DNA of 64,000 bases, from NCBI GenBank assembly GCA_963783675.1, contig CAWAOU010000024.1, positions 256,295 through 320,294 of the forward strand. The letters run 5' to 3'. Source of the stretch: an uncultured Gammaproteobacteria bacterium. Its GTDB lineage: Bacteria > Pseudomonadota > Gammaproteobacteria > Competibacterales > JAHEDQ01. The notes beneath the pieces are model-generated. The model was not told where the DNA came from, made no database searches, and saw nothing but the letters and a program-made list of their open reading frames with translations. Each line of letters opens with the position of its first letter. Positions within the stretch are counted from its first letter, which is position 1. The position numbers and the translations under genes were made by a program. Positions 55,503 to 64,000 of this stretch are shown piece after piece.

Positions 55503-56807
55503 ATGACAACTGAGTCGAACAATGCCCATGCTTCGGTAGTAACGACGTTTCGTCCGCGACGTTGGCTGCAGGTGTTGGTGCCGATTCTCATTCTGGCTGG
55601 GTCCTTCGCGGCGTTTTCGGCACTCAAGGCGACCCGTGCTACCCCGCCGCCGGTGGAGGTGGTGGAAAAGGCCTGGTTGGTTCAAACCCTGAGTGTCACA
55701 CCCGGTCTGCTGGCGCCTGATCTGGTGCTTTACGGGCGGGTTGAGTCGCCTCGGTCGGCCACCCTGTCTGCGGCAGTCAGTGCCGATGTGCTGGAAGTGC
55801 CCGCTCGGGAAGGTATGGTTGTGTCTCCGGGTGATTTGTTGGTGGCATTGGACCGGCGGGATCTACAGTTTGATCTGACACAGCGCGAAGCCGACATGGC
55901 GGAAGCCGAGGCGGAGATCGTCAGTGAGCAAACCCGATATCAGGCGGATCTTGACGCGCTCAAGCTTGACGAGCGCCTGCTTGCCCTGACCCAGAATGAG
56001 GTGAATCGGCTGGTCAATCTCCAGCAACGCGGCCTGGGGTCGGAATCCCAGCGTGATACCGCACGCAAGGCGTTGGAGCAGCAGGGCATGTCGGTGATCA
56101 GCCGTAAGCAGGCGCTGCAGGACCACGACGCGCGGATGCGCAGCCTGCAAGCCCGATTGGATCGGGCCCGCGCCAGTCGGGACCAGGCGGCGCTCGACCT
56201 GGAACGAACCCGCATCACTGCCCCGTTCAGGGGGCGTGTCACCCGCGTCCACACCTCGCCCGGAAACCGGGTCAGAATCGGGGACAGTCTGCTGGAGTTG
56301 TACGACACCAGTGCTGTGGAAGTGCGCGCCCAGGTTCCGTCTCGTCAGTTGGGGTCAGTCAAGCAGGCGCTGGCCGCCTCCGGCATGCTCCTCGCCCGCG
56401 CCCAGGTGGACGGTCGCGAGGTGGAGATGGTTTTGGATCGGCTTGCGGGCAAAGCCGATGCCGCCAGTGGGGGTATCGATGCGCTGTTTCGCGTGCTGTC
56501 GGAGGACGGCGCGCAGCTCACCATCGGGCGGGTGGTGACGGTGACTTTGCAAACCACGCCTCTGGAAGACGTGGTGGCGCTTCCATACGAAGCCCTGTAT
56601 GGACTCGATACCATTTATCGTCTTGACGGTGAGCGGATGCAGGCGGTGCAGGTCGAAAACGTGGGTGAGCAACGTCGGGGCGGCACGCGCCCCGTGGTCC
56701 TGCTGCGTGCCCCAGATCTGAGACCGGGTGACCAAGTGGTGGTCACCCAGCTTCCCAATGCCGTCTCCGGCCTCAAAGTCACCGTGGCCGAGACCGGCCG
56801 CGACTGA
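55503..56807 (+). CDS. Efflux RND transporter periplasmic adaptor (HlyD/MFP family)
   Basis: N-terminal TM. Coiled-coil hairpin region (EAEAEIVSEQTRYQADL...). ITAPFRGRVTRV lipoyl/beta-barrel motif. Immediately upstream of the RND pump gene. Confidence 0.85.
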   Translation: MTTESNNAHASVVTTFRPRRWLQVLVPILILAGSFAAFSALKATRATPPPVEVVEKAWLVQTLSVTPGLLAPDLVLYGRVESPRSATLSAAVSADVLEVPAREGMVVSPGDLLVALDRRDLQFDLTQREADMAEAEAEIVSEQTRYQADLDALKLDERLLALTQNEVNRLVNLQQRGLGSESQRDTARKALEQQGMSVISRKQALQDHDARMRSLQARLDRARASRDQAALDLERTRITAPFRGRVTRVHTSPGNRVRIGDSLLELYDTSAVEVRAQVPSRQLGSVKQALAASGMLLARAQVDGREVEMVLDRLAGKADAASGGIDALFRVLSEDGAQLTIGRVVTVTLQTTPLEDVVALPYEALYGLDTIYRLDGERMQAVQVENVGEQRRGGTRPVVLLRAPDLRPGDQVVVTQLPNAVSGLKVTVAETGRD

Positions 56808-56818
56808 GGGGGGTTGGC

Positions 56819-59800
56819 ATGACCGGGGAATTCCAGCACCGCAGCGACTTGATCGGCATTTTTGCCCAGCATCGGGTGGCGGCGAACCTGATGATGCTGA
56901 TGATGATACTGGCAGGGGTTTGGGGTCTCAGTCAGCTCAACACGCAGTTCTTCCCCAGTTTTGAACTGGACTACGTTGCGGTGCAGGTCGTCTGGAGCGG
57001 TGCGTCTGCGGAGGACGTCGAAGACAGCATTACCAATCCCCTGGAACGGGAGTTCCGCGACCTCAACCAAGTCCGAAAAATGACCTCCACCTCGGGTAAT
57101 GGTGTGTCCGCCATCACCCTTGAGTACGAGGAGGGCACCGACATGGGCGAGGCCCTGGATGAGGTCAAGCAGCGGGTCGCTTTGGTGCGGAACCTGCCCA
57201 GCGATGCCGAAGAGCCGGAGGTTTCGCGCATCATCCGTTACGACTCCATCGCACGGATCCTGATTACGGGAGATCTCGATCGCCGAGAGTTACGTGTTTT
57301 GGCGCGGGCCGCGGAACGTGAACTGCTGGAACGCGGCGTGGCGAAGATTGAGCTGGAGGGGCTGCCGGAGGAGGAGATCGCGATCCAGATCCCCAGCGCG
57401 GTCCTGGAGGAGATAGGCATGTCGTTCAGCGAAGTGGCAGGACGGGTTGCCCAGTTGAGCCAGGACCTGCCTGCTGGATCTGTCGGCCAGCAGGACACCG
57501 CGCGCCAGCTTCGCAGTTTGGATCAGCGACGAGACGTAGCGGGATTCGCCAGACTGACGCTGAAGGCCGACGAACAGGGGCGCCGCATCACCCTGGGTGA
57601 CGTAGCGCAAATCGAAAGACGGCCCCAGGACCGGGAAGTGCGGATCACGTTTCGTGGCCAACCCGCAGTCGAATTGCATCTGTTGCGCTCGGAGGCGGCC
57701 GATGCACTGGATTCGGCACGCATACTCCAGCAGTGGGCCGAGCAGGCCCGGCCACAGCTTCCACCCGGCATCGAGCTTCATGTGTTCGATCAATCCTGGC
57801 AGCTCATCCGTGATCGTCTGGGCCTGTTGCTGAAGAACGGCGGCGGCGGCCTGGTTCTGGTGGTCGGGATATTGTTTCTGTTCCTCAACGCGCGGGTGGC
57901 GATCTGGGTTGCGATCGGGATTCCGGTCTCGTTCATGGCCACACTCGGTGTGCTCTATGTGTTGGGTGGCAGCATCAACATGATCAGCTTGTTCGCGCTG
58001 ATTATGGCGCTTGGCATTATCGTCGACGATGCCATCGTTGTAGGTGAGGATGCGCTTGCGCACTATCAGGGCGGTGAACGGAGCCTCGAGGCGGCCGAGG
58101 GCGGGGCGCGCCGAATGCTGGCCCCGGTCAGCGCCTCATCGCTCACCACCATCGCTGCTTTCGTGCCCATCATGTCGGTCGGTGGGGTCATCGGAAATAT
58201 CATCTTCGACATTCCCCTGATCATTGTTTGCGTCATTCTGGCTTCCCTGGTGGAGAGCTTTCTGATCTTGCCGGGTCATCTCCGACACAGCTTTCACAAG
58301 ATGCACCACGCGCAACCAGGCCGGCTGCGTGCCTGGCTGGATGGGCGTTTTTTTGCGTTCCGGGATCGCGTGTTCCGGCCTCTGGTGACTCGGGCCGTGG
58401 CTTATCGCTGGACCACAATTGCGGCCGCGCTGGGTTCGTTGATTCTCACCTTTGGCCTGTTGGCGGGAGGCCGCGTGGGGTTCACGTTCTTCCCGGTACC
58501 GGAGGGGAGCATAATCAATGCAAGTGCGGCCTTTGTTTCTGGCACCGATGCCAATCGAGTGGCCAGGTTCATGGGACATCTTGAGCAGACCCTGGCCGAG
58601 ACAGAGGTCGAGTTCGGCGGTGATCTGGTTGTGGCAGCCAAGACCCGTCTGGGCAAAGTGACCCTGGGCGGTGGCAGTACCACCCAGGAGGGGGAACAGT
58701 TTGGCTCCATGGTCGTGGAGTTGACTGCGTCTGATACCCGCGAAGTAAGGCTGAACGAGTTCATCCGCGCCTGGCAGGCACGGGTAAGCAGGCCGGCAGG
58801 GCTGGAGACGTTTGCGATTTTTCCGCGCCAGGCGGGTCCGCCGGGGCGCGATATCGAAGTGCGCCTGGCAGGAGAGGATGCCGAGCGGGTGAAGCGCGCC
58901 GCCCTGGAACTGGCTGAGACGCTGCAGACCTTTGATGGCGTCAGTGCCATCGAAGACGATACACCCTATGGCCGTGAGCAGTACATCTATCGGCTGACGC
59001 CGCAGGCCGAAGCCATGGGGTTGACAGTCGAGGCCGTGGGTCGACAGCTACGTTCGGCCTACGACGGCAGCCTGGTCCAGATCTTTCAGGATGGGGAGGA
59101 GGAGGTCGAGGTTCGGGTATCGTTGCCCGACGCCGAGCAGAACAGCCTGGCCAGTCTGGACAGCCTGAATGTGAGCCTGGGTGCGGGCGGTTCGATTCCA
59201 TTGTCCAGTGCAGTCTATTTCGAAACACGACGTGGTTTTGAAGCGATACGTCATGCCGACGGCAAGCTGGCGGTGCAGGTTTCAGGGGATGTGGATGCCC
59301 AAATCACCAGCAGTGACGACGTGCTGGCCAGCCTGGAAGCCTCGGTGTTACCCGAATTGGTGACACGCTATGGCGTACGTTACAGCTTTGAGGGGCGTGC
59401 GGCGGATCAGGCGGAGACAATGGCAGACATGCGCCGCGGCGCCCTGTTCGCCCTGGCGTTCATATACCTCATTCTGGCCTGGGTCTTCGCGTCCTATAGC
59501 TGGCCCATCGTGGTGATGCTGGCCATTCCACTGGGCCTTGTGGGGGCCATCGTGGGCCACTATGTGATGGGTATAAAACTCACTATCCTGTCCATGTTTG
59601 GCATGTTCGGGCTGTCTGGCATCGTCATAAACGATTCAATCGTGCTGGTGACTTTTTACCGGCAGTTACGACAGGACGGCATGATTGTTCAGGAGGCCAT
59701 AATCGAAGCGGCCTGCCAACGGCTGCGTGCGGTTTTGCTGACCTCGTTGACCACCATCGGCGGGCTGACGCCGCTGCTGTTCGAAACGTCTTTGCAGGCG

Positions 59801-59980
59801 CAGTTTTTGATACCCATGGCGGTTTCAATTTCCTTTGGGCTGGCCTTCACCACCTTTATTGTCCTGTTTTTCGTGCCGGCGGTGCTGTCGGTAAACGAAA
59901 GCATCACCCACCGGCTCGACCGTATGCGGGGTCGGACGGCCCAGTTTGGGTCTCTCCAGGAGGGTAAGCCCCCCGGGTGA
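56819..59980 (+). CDS. Efflux RND transporter permease (AcrB/AcrD/AcrF family)
   Basis: 1053 aa with a 12-TM pattern and two large loops. TM4 motif LIMALGIIVDDAIVVGE. No outer-membrane factor gene follows. Confidence 0.9.
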   Translation: MTGEFQHRSDLIGIFAQHRVAANLMMLMMILAGVWGLSQLNTQFFPSFELDYVAVQVVWSGASAEDVEDSITNPLEREFRDLNQVRKMTSTSGNGVSAITLEYEEGTDMGEALDEVKQRVALVRNLPSDAEEPEVSRIIRYDSIARILITGDLDRRELRVLARAAERELLERGVAKIELEGLPEEEIAIQIPSAVLEEIGMSFSEVAGRVAQLSQDLPAGSVGQQDTARQLRSLDQRRDVAGFARLTLKADEQGRRITLGDVAQIERRPQDREVRITFRGQPAVELHLLRSEAADALDSARILQQWAEQARPQLPPGIELHVFDQSWQLIRDRLGLLLKNGGGGLVLVVGILFLFLNARVAIWVAIGIPVSFMATLGVLYVLGGSINMISLFALIMALGIIVDDAIVVGEDALAHYQGGERSLEAAEGGARRMLAPVSASSLTTIAAFVPIMSVGGVIGNIIFDIPLIIVCVILASLVESFLILPGHLRHSFHKMHHAQPGRLRAWLDGRFFAFRDRVFRPLVTRAVAYRWTTIAAALGSLILTFGLLAGGRVGFTFFPVPEGSIINASAAFVSGTDANRVARFMGHLEQTLAETEVEFGGDLVVAAKTRLGKVTLGGGSTTQEGEQFGSMVVELTASDTREVRLNEFIRAWQARVSRPAGLETFAIFPRQAGPPGRDIEVRLAGEDAERVKRAALELAETLQTFDGVSAIEDDTPYGREQYIYRLTPQAEAMGLTVEAVGRQLRSAYDGSLVQIFQDGEEEVEVRVSLPDAEQNSLASLDSLNVSLGAGGSIPLSSAVYFETRRGFEAIRHADGKLAVQVSGDVDAQITSSDDVLASLEASVLPELVTRYGVRYSFEGRAADQAETMADMRRGALFALAFIYLILAWVFASYSWPIVVMLAIPLGLVGAIVGHYVMGIKLTILSMFGMFGLSGIVINDSIVLVTFYRQLRQDGMIVQEAIIEAACQRLRAVLLTSLTTIGGLTPLLFETSLQAQFLIPMAVSISFGLAFTTFIVLFFVPAVLSVNESITHRLDRMRGRTAQFGSLQEGKPPG

Positions 59981-60264
59981 ACGATGGTGTCCCAGGGGGG
60001 CGAATCAAATCCAACTCACCCGCTGGTATCCGGCGACAGGTGGTGAAAACGCTCGCTTTATGCTACCGAGCCAGCTCACCCCAGGTGTCAATCACACCGT
60101 CTGGTTCGTGCCTGCCGCGGACCGCGCCGCATCGAAGATTGCCGCGCAATGGCCGAATCGCAATCGTGCTTCCGCCGGTAACCGTTGGGCCGCCATCTAT
60201 ACTCAAGAAGCCGGCCGGTTGTCGCGCACGGCCCGCCCGGGCCTGTGACCTTTGGAGGACGGTG

Positions 60265-61017
60265 ATGATTCGCGCGGTCCTGTGCGACCTCAGCGGTGTG
60301 CTTTACGTCGGTGACCGGGCGGTGCCCGGTGCTCAGGATGCCCTGATCAGCCTTCGTGCAGCGGGGGTGGGGGTGAAGTTCATCACCAATGTTACGCGGC
60401 TGCCACGGCGACGAATCGTGCAACAGTTGCTGCGCCTGGGTTTTGACGTGGATACAGAGGACGTTTTTACCCCAGCCAACGTGGCCCGGGCTTTTGTCAC
60501 CCGGGAGGGCCTGATACCCCACCTGCTGATTCATCCAAACCTGCAGGAGGAACTCGGGGATCTGTCCGGGTCTTCGCCCAACGCGGTTTTGCTGGGTGAT
60601 GCCGGTCATGCGTTTACCTATGAGAATCTCAACACCGCATTTCGCATTTTGATCACGGGTGCACCGTTGCTGGTCATGGGTACCGATCGCTACTACCGGG
60701 AACCCGACGGGCTCAGCCTCGATGCCGGACCCTTCGCCAAAGCCCTGAGTTATGCTGCTGGTGCGCCGGTGCAAGTGCTCGGGAAACCCTCTCCGGCCTT
60801 TTTTCGCCTGGCTGCGGCGACTATGGATGTGGATCTCGACGAGGTGGTCATGTTGGGTGATGACTACGAGGTGGATGTTCGGGGTGCCCTTGATGCGGGA
60901 CTCCAAGCGATTCTGGTGCGAACTGGCAAGTATCGAGATGGGGATGAGTTCAGGGTTGGCGCCAGGGGCGCTCGGGTCTGCGCTGACATAGGGGCAGCCA
61001 CGGATCTGATTCTCTAG
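60265..61017 (+). CDS. HAD-superfamily hydrolase, subfamily IIA
   Basis: Trimmed to the ATG at 60265. Motif I AVLCDLSGVLY. FITNVT. Motif IV VMLGDDYEVDVRGA. The 96 upstream codons of the track ORF look non-coding. Confidence 0.75.
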   Translation: MIRAVLCDLSGVLYVGDRAVPGAQDALISLRAAGVGVKFITNVTRLPRRRIVQQLLRLGFDVDTEDVFTPANVARAFVTREGLIPHLLIHPNLQEELGDLSGSSPNAVLLGDAGHAFTYENLNTAFRILITGAPLLVMGTDRYYREPDGLSLDAGPFAKALSYAAGAPVQVLGKPSPAFFRLAAATMDVDLDEVVMLGDDYEVDVRGALDAGLQAILVRTGKYRDGDEFRVGARGARVCADIGAATDLIL

Positions 61018-61397
61018 CGTGTTGGTGCGGTCGCTCCGTAATCTTCGCATTCCCGGAGGTGATTGAGAGGCGTATGGCTGGCTTGCTGCTAACCGGCGAG
61101 GCGCAACGCAGCTGTGGCGTAGGGCCCGCAGGCAGGTGCGATAGGCCCATCGACCGCAGCCGTTGGAACCAGAATTCTCTGAAGTGGGTCAGATATATCC
61201 GATTTGCCGACAACGCACTGCTGTCGCTCGTCTGTAGCAAGCAGCGCGGGATCGGATCAGAGCGATTTCCCGGTCAATGCGGGCCGCAACATCCCAAACA
61301 CGTTATCATCCGCGCCTTGTCCGAACGAGAACCCTGGCGTCGGGCCGGGTGTGTATCATGTCGACGTGATTTAGACGTTTGTTTTTAATTAGAAATC

Positions 61398-61416
61398 GGC
61401 GGGCATGATGCCCGCC
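61398..61416 (-). terminator. GC hairpin, possible minus-strand terminator
   Basis: GGCGGGC-atgat-GCCCGCC. On the minus strand it is followed by GATTTCTAATTAAAAAC. It lies in an 800-bp gene-free, visibly AT-richer stretch. Confidence 0.35.
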
Positions 61417-61811
61417 GTAAAGGTGCAGCCAAAACTGATTGGCAAGGTGATTGGTAGATACGGTCAAACCTCATCCTGGAGGTTGTCGGCACCGCAAAGC
61501 CGCAAGAAGACTGCTTTCGGGAGTGCCATTCATTCCGTGTAAAGGCCACTGCTCCAAGCGGGTTAAAGTGTCCAATCCCTGGACGTCCCTGCTCCTTCAT
61601 CTACAGGTTGACACAAGCCAGGCGCGCTTCCGATGCGCAAATCTTCGCCTTTGAAGGTCAGAATACTCTTCGATTGGAGTAAGAAATCTCTTACGTTCAG
61701 CTTGCCCTGACTCACTGCACAAGCATGCTTCAACTGGACGGCTGATTACCTGAATGCATTGGGTGGTGTGGCGCAGTACACTGGCCAGCAACCCACCCAA
61801 CGACGGACGCC

Positions 61812-62762
61812 ATGCGAGATCTCTATCCCGACATTGTGCCGTACGCGAACCATGCGCTTCCGGTTGGAGACGTTCACGTACTTAACGTGGAAGAGTGCGG
61901 CAATCCAGATGGCCAGCCCGTGCTGTTTCTGCATGGCGGGCCGGGCGCGGGTTGCGACCCGGTGCACCGACGATTCTTCGATCCCACGATCTACCGCATC
62001 GTATTGTTCGATCAGCGTGGCTGCGGCCGATCACGGCCCCACGCTGCTTTGCAGGACAACACCACCTGGGACCTGGTGGAGGACATGGAGGCCATTCGCA
62101 GGCATCTTGGCGTCGATCGCTGGGTGGTGTTTGGAGGGTCCTGGGGATCCACCCTGGGCCTGGTCTACGCCGAGACCCATCCAGAACGGGTTGCCGGGCT
62201 CATCTTGCGCGGGCTTTTCCTCGGCCGCCCTCAGGAGATTGAGTGGCTCTACCGAAACGGTGCTCGGCGTTTGTTTCCCGACGCGTGGTTGGAGTTTGAA
62301 GCGTTGATACCGCCCAATGAACGCGAAGACATGGTTGCGGCCTACCACCGCCGGCTTACGGACAGCAACGAATTGGAGCGACTTAGAGCGGCGCGCGCCT
62401 GGTCGGTTTATGAGGGCAAGATCTCGTGTCTGCGGCCCAATGACACTGTCGTCGGGCATTTCGGCGAAACTCATCGGGCGCTGAGCCTGGCCCGCATCGA
62501 AGCCTACTACTTTGCCCACGGTTGTTTTCTGGAACCCAATCAGATCATACGCGATGCCGCGCGTCTGGCGGGTATTCCGGGTGTGATGGTGCATGGGCGC
62601 TACGATGTTGTTTGTCCGCTGGATCAGGTTTTTGAGCTGCATGCCGTATGGCCAGGGAGCGCGATGCATATCATTTCAGAAGCAGGTCATGCGGCCAGTG
62701 AAGAGGGCACACGCCAGGCCCTGGTCAAGGCGACCATGGACATGGCCCGGGATCTTTCTTGA
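61812..62762 (+). CDS. pip: Prolyl aminopeptidase (proline iminopeptidase)
   Basis: HGGPGAG oxyanion motif. GGSWGSTL nucleophile elbow. 316 aa. Confidence 0.9.
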   Translation: MRDLYPDIVPYANHALPVGDVHVLNVEECGNPDGQPVLFLHGGPGAGCDPVHRRFFDPTIYRIVLFDQRGCGRSRPHAALQDNTTWDLVEDMEAIRRHLGVDRWVVFGGSWGSTLGLVYAETHPERVAGLILRGLFLGRPQEIEWLYRNGARRLFPDAWLEFEALIPPNEREDMVAAYHRRLTDSNELERLRAARAWSVYEGKISCLRPNDTVVGHFGETHRALSLARIEAYYFAHGCFLEPNQIIRDAARLAGIPGVMVHGRYDVVCPLDQVFELHAVWPGSAMHIISEAGHAASEEGTRQALVKATMDMARDLS

Positions 62763-63196
62763 TTGGTTTGCTGCAGAGGGTGCCCTCGGCGTACGTTGAG
62801 ATCGATGGCGAACGGTTCGGCGAGATTGGCCATGGTCTGGTGGTGCTGGTTGGCATGGAGCGGGGCGACACTGAAGCGAAGGCCGTTCGCCTGCTGGACA
62901 AGATGCTGGCTTACCGTGTGTTCAACGATGATCAAGGGCGCATGAATCTGTCCTTGCGCGACGTGGCCGGCGGTTTGCTCCTTGTGCCCCAGTTCACGCT
63001 TGCTGCGGATACCCGCAAGGGACTTCGCCCGGGCTTCTCGAGCGCGGCGATGCCGGAACTGGCTGAGGGGTTATTCAATCATCTGGTTGATCATGCGCGG
63101 ACCGTCTATCCGGATGTGGCCGCCGGCCGGTTTGGTGCGAACATGCAGGTGGGCCTGGTCAACGATGGCCCGGTGACGTTCTGGCTCCAAATTTGA
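62759..63196 (+). CDS. dtd: D-aminoacyl-tRNA deacylase
   Basis: MIGLLQRV N-terminus, VPQFTLAADTRKGLRPGF and NDGPVTFWL. 145 aa. 4-bp overlap with pip. Confidence 0.9.
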   Translation: MIGLLQRVPSAYVEIDGERFGEIGHGLVVLVGMERGDTEAKAVRLLDKMLAYRVFNDDQGRMNLSLRDVAGGLLLVPQFTLAADTRKGLRPGFSSAAMPELAEGLFNHLVDHARTVYPDVAAGRFGANMQVGLVNDGPVTFWLQI

Positions 63197-63257
63197 TGAA
63201 TCGCGCATTCCCTTGTGGATTCCGGTCGCCCGGTGTGTTCGTGCTGGGCGTGCCGCC

Positions 63258-63764
63258 TCAGTTGATAGGGGAAGTGGTTGGAGCGAGGATCAGTGTCTCC
63301 AAGCCGGGACGGTCAAGGCTTCCGGTCAGTCGCCAGTCGTCCGCCTCGATTTGAATGTCCCATCGACCCGGGCCCATAGGTTCGATGGGTGCCGTGAAGC
63401 GGCCATCGGCGGTGGGGACCAGTTGCACGATTTGATCCTGTCCGTCCATGGTTGCGTGTAGCACTCGCAGGGTCAGTGCCGCGGGCATCTGCGCCGGTTC
63501 GCCACTCAGCCGGACCGTGCCGAAACTCTCTTGCAGTGTCAGTTCCGCCGCCATTGCGTAGCGGGCCGCCGCTTCGTCCCGTGCAATGAGACGGTTTATG
63601 GCGAGGCCCTCCTTGTAATAGTCGTCCACCACAAGACCGTCAGGCTGGTCCAGGGCAATGCCGATGGTCACCAAAGAGGCGATCACCACCGTTCCGGGCA
63701 GAGCAATCAGCACCCAGGGCCAGAACTGACGATACCAGGGTGTGGACTCGGTCGGACTCAACAT
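63258..63764 (-). CDS. FixH-family protein (cbb3 oxidase maturation)
   Basis: TPWYRQFWPWVLIALPGTVVIASL is the typical FixH N-terminus. The ATG at 63764 (ggggga SD) is preferred; the track start 63800 is possible. No fixI follows it. Confidence 0.75.
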   Translation of the reverse strand: MLSPTESTPWYRQFWPWVLIALPGTVVIASLVTIGIALDQPDGLVVDDYYKEGLAINRLIARDEAAARYAMAAELTLQESFGTVRLSGEPAQMPAALTLRVLHATMDGQDQIVQLVPTADGRFTAPIEPMGPGRWDIQIEADDWRLTGSLDRPGLETLILAPTTSPIN

Positions 63765-63810
63765 AATTGGTTCCCCCGGGGCAGCGAAGCGGTGGCGCAT
63801 CGATTGGTGT

Positions 63811-64000
63811 TCATCGCGGCGCGGGTCCGATAAAGCGCGCCTTGGAGCGCGTATTCAGATTCGGCTGGTCCACCGACTGCAGTTGAAACTCGATCTCGCT
63901 GCTGGAAGTGCGCAGATCCTCGGGATCGATGCGGACGCTGACGGGCACATTCAGTATCGCCCCACTGGGAACCGATATCTCCTCTGCGTCCATCACCAGC
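63811..64000 (-). CDS. Cytochrome c oxidase accessory protein CcoG/FixG, C-terminal end only
   Basis: The frame stays open to the window edge. The C-terminal sequence (...VPVSVRIDPEDLRTSSSEIEFQLQSVD...) lies directly upstream of fixH, as in fixGH operons. The call rests mainly on synteny. Confidence 0.5.
   Translation of the reverse strand, partial: LVMDAEEISVPSGAILNVPVSVRIDPEDLRTSSSEIEFQLQSVDQPNLNTRSKARFIGPAPR

Noticed and set aside
61385-61600. 71-aa minus-strand ORF in the long HAD-pip intergenic region.
   Set aside because: The translation is not protein-like, the ORF runs through the terminator-like hairpin, and no SD is present. It is treated as non-coding and only flagged as a possible sRNA region.

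Overview
The window is a high-GC proteobacterial chromosome segment with gammaproteobacterium-type synteny. All calls come from reading the ORF track and raw sequence by eye; no database search was run. I support about 60 protein genes and found no rRNA, tRNA or CRISPR array.

Conserved core blocks:
- ntrY-like kinase (partial), DUF4390, rsmB, fmt and def on the minus strand.
- Divergent from these: LysM/TsaP-like, dprA, smg, topA, tsaC and hemF.
- A YejF-type peptide ABC importer at 23.2-29.2 kb.
- hemH followed by an RND efflux pair at 54.4-60.0 kb.
- pip, dtd, and fixH plus the ccoG 3' end at the right edge.

Accessory or poorly characterised content between these blocks:
1. 13.5-18.2 kb, my top candidate for an undescribed system. 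An orphan MotA/MotB-type stator pair in which both subunits carry long coiled-coil extensions. It sits beside a membrane-anchored dynamin-like GTPase and a further OmpA-domain protein.
2. 29.3-33.1 kb. An operon of an 884-aa ABC half-transporter, a cNMP-binding protein and a small SAM methyltransferase. The transporter's ATPase motifs are degenerate and it carries about 350 extra residues between the Q-loop and the signature motif.
3. Two glycan-type clusters. The first (18.6-23.1 kb) has two paralogous GT-B transferases, one containing a G9 tract. The second (33.3-38.0 kb) encodes GT4, GT4, a histidine phosphatase, an HD protein and a sulfotransferase.
4. A VOC-SLOG fusion protein translationally coupled to yfbR.
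5. Four small non-coding palindromic or MITE-like elements, nearly all ends of which read CTAG. No transposase is present in the window.

Many long ORFs in the track are antisense shadows of real genes, as expected at this GC content, and were rejected.
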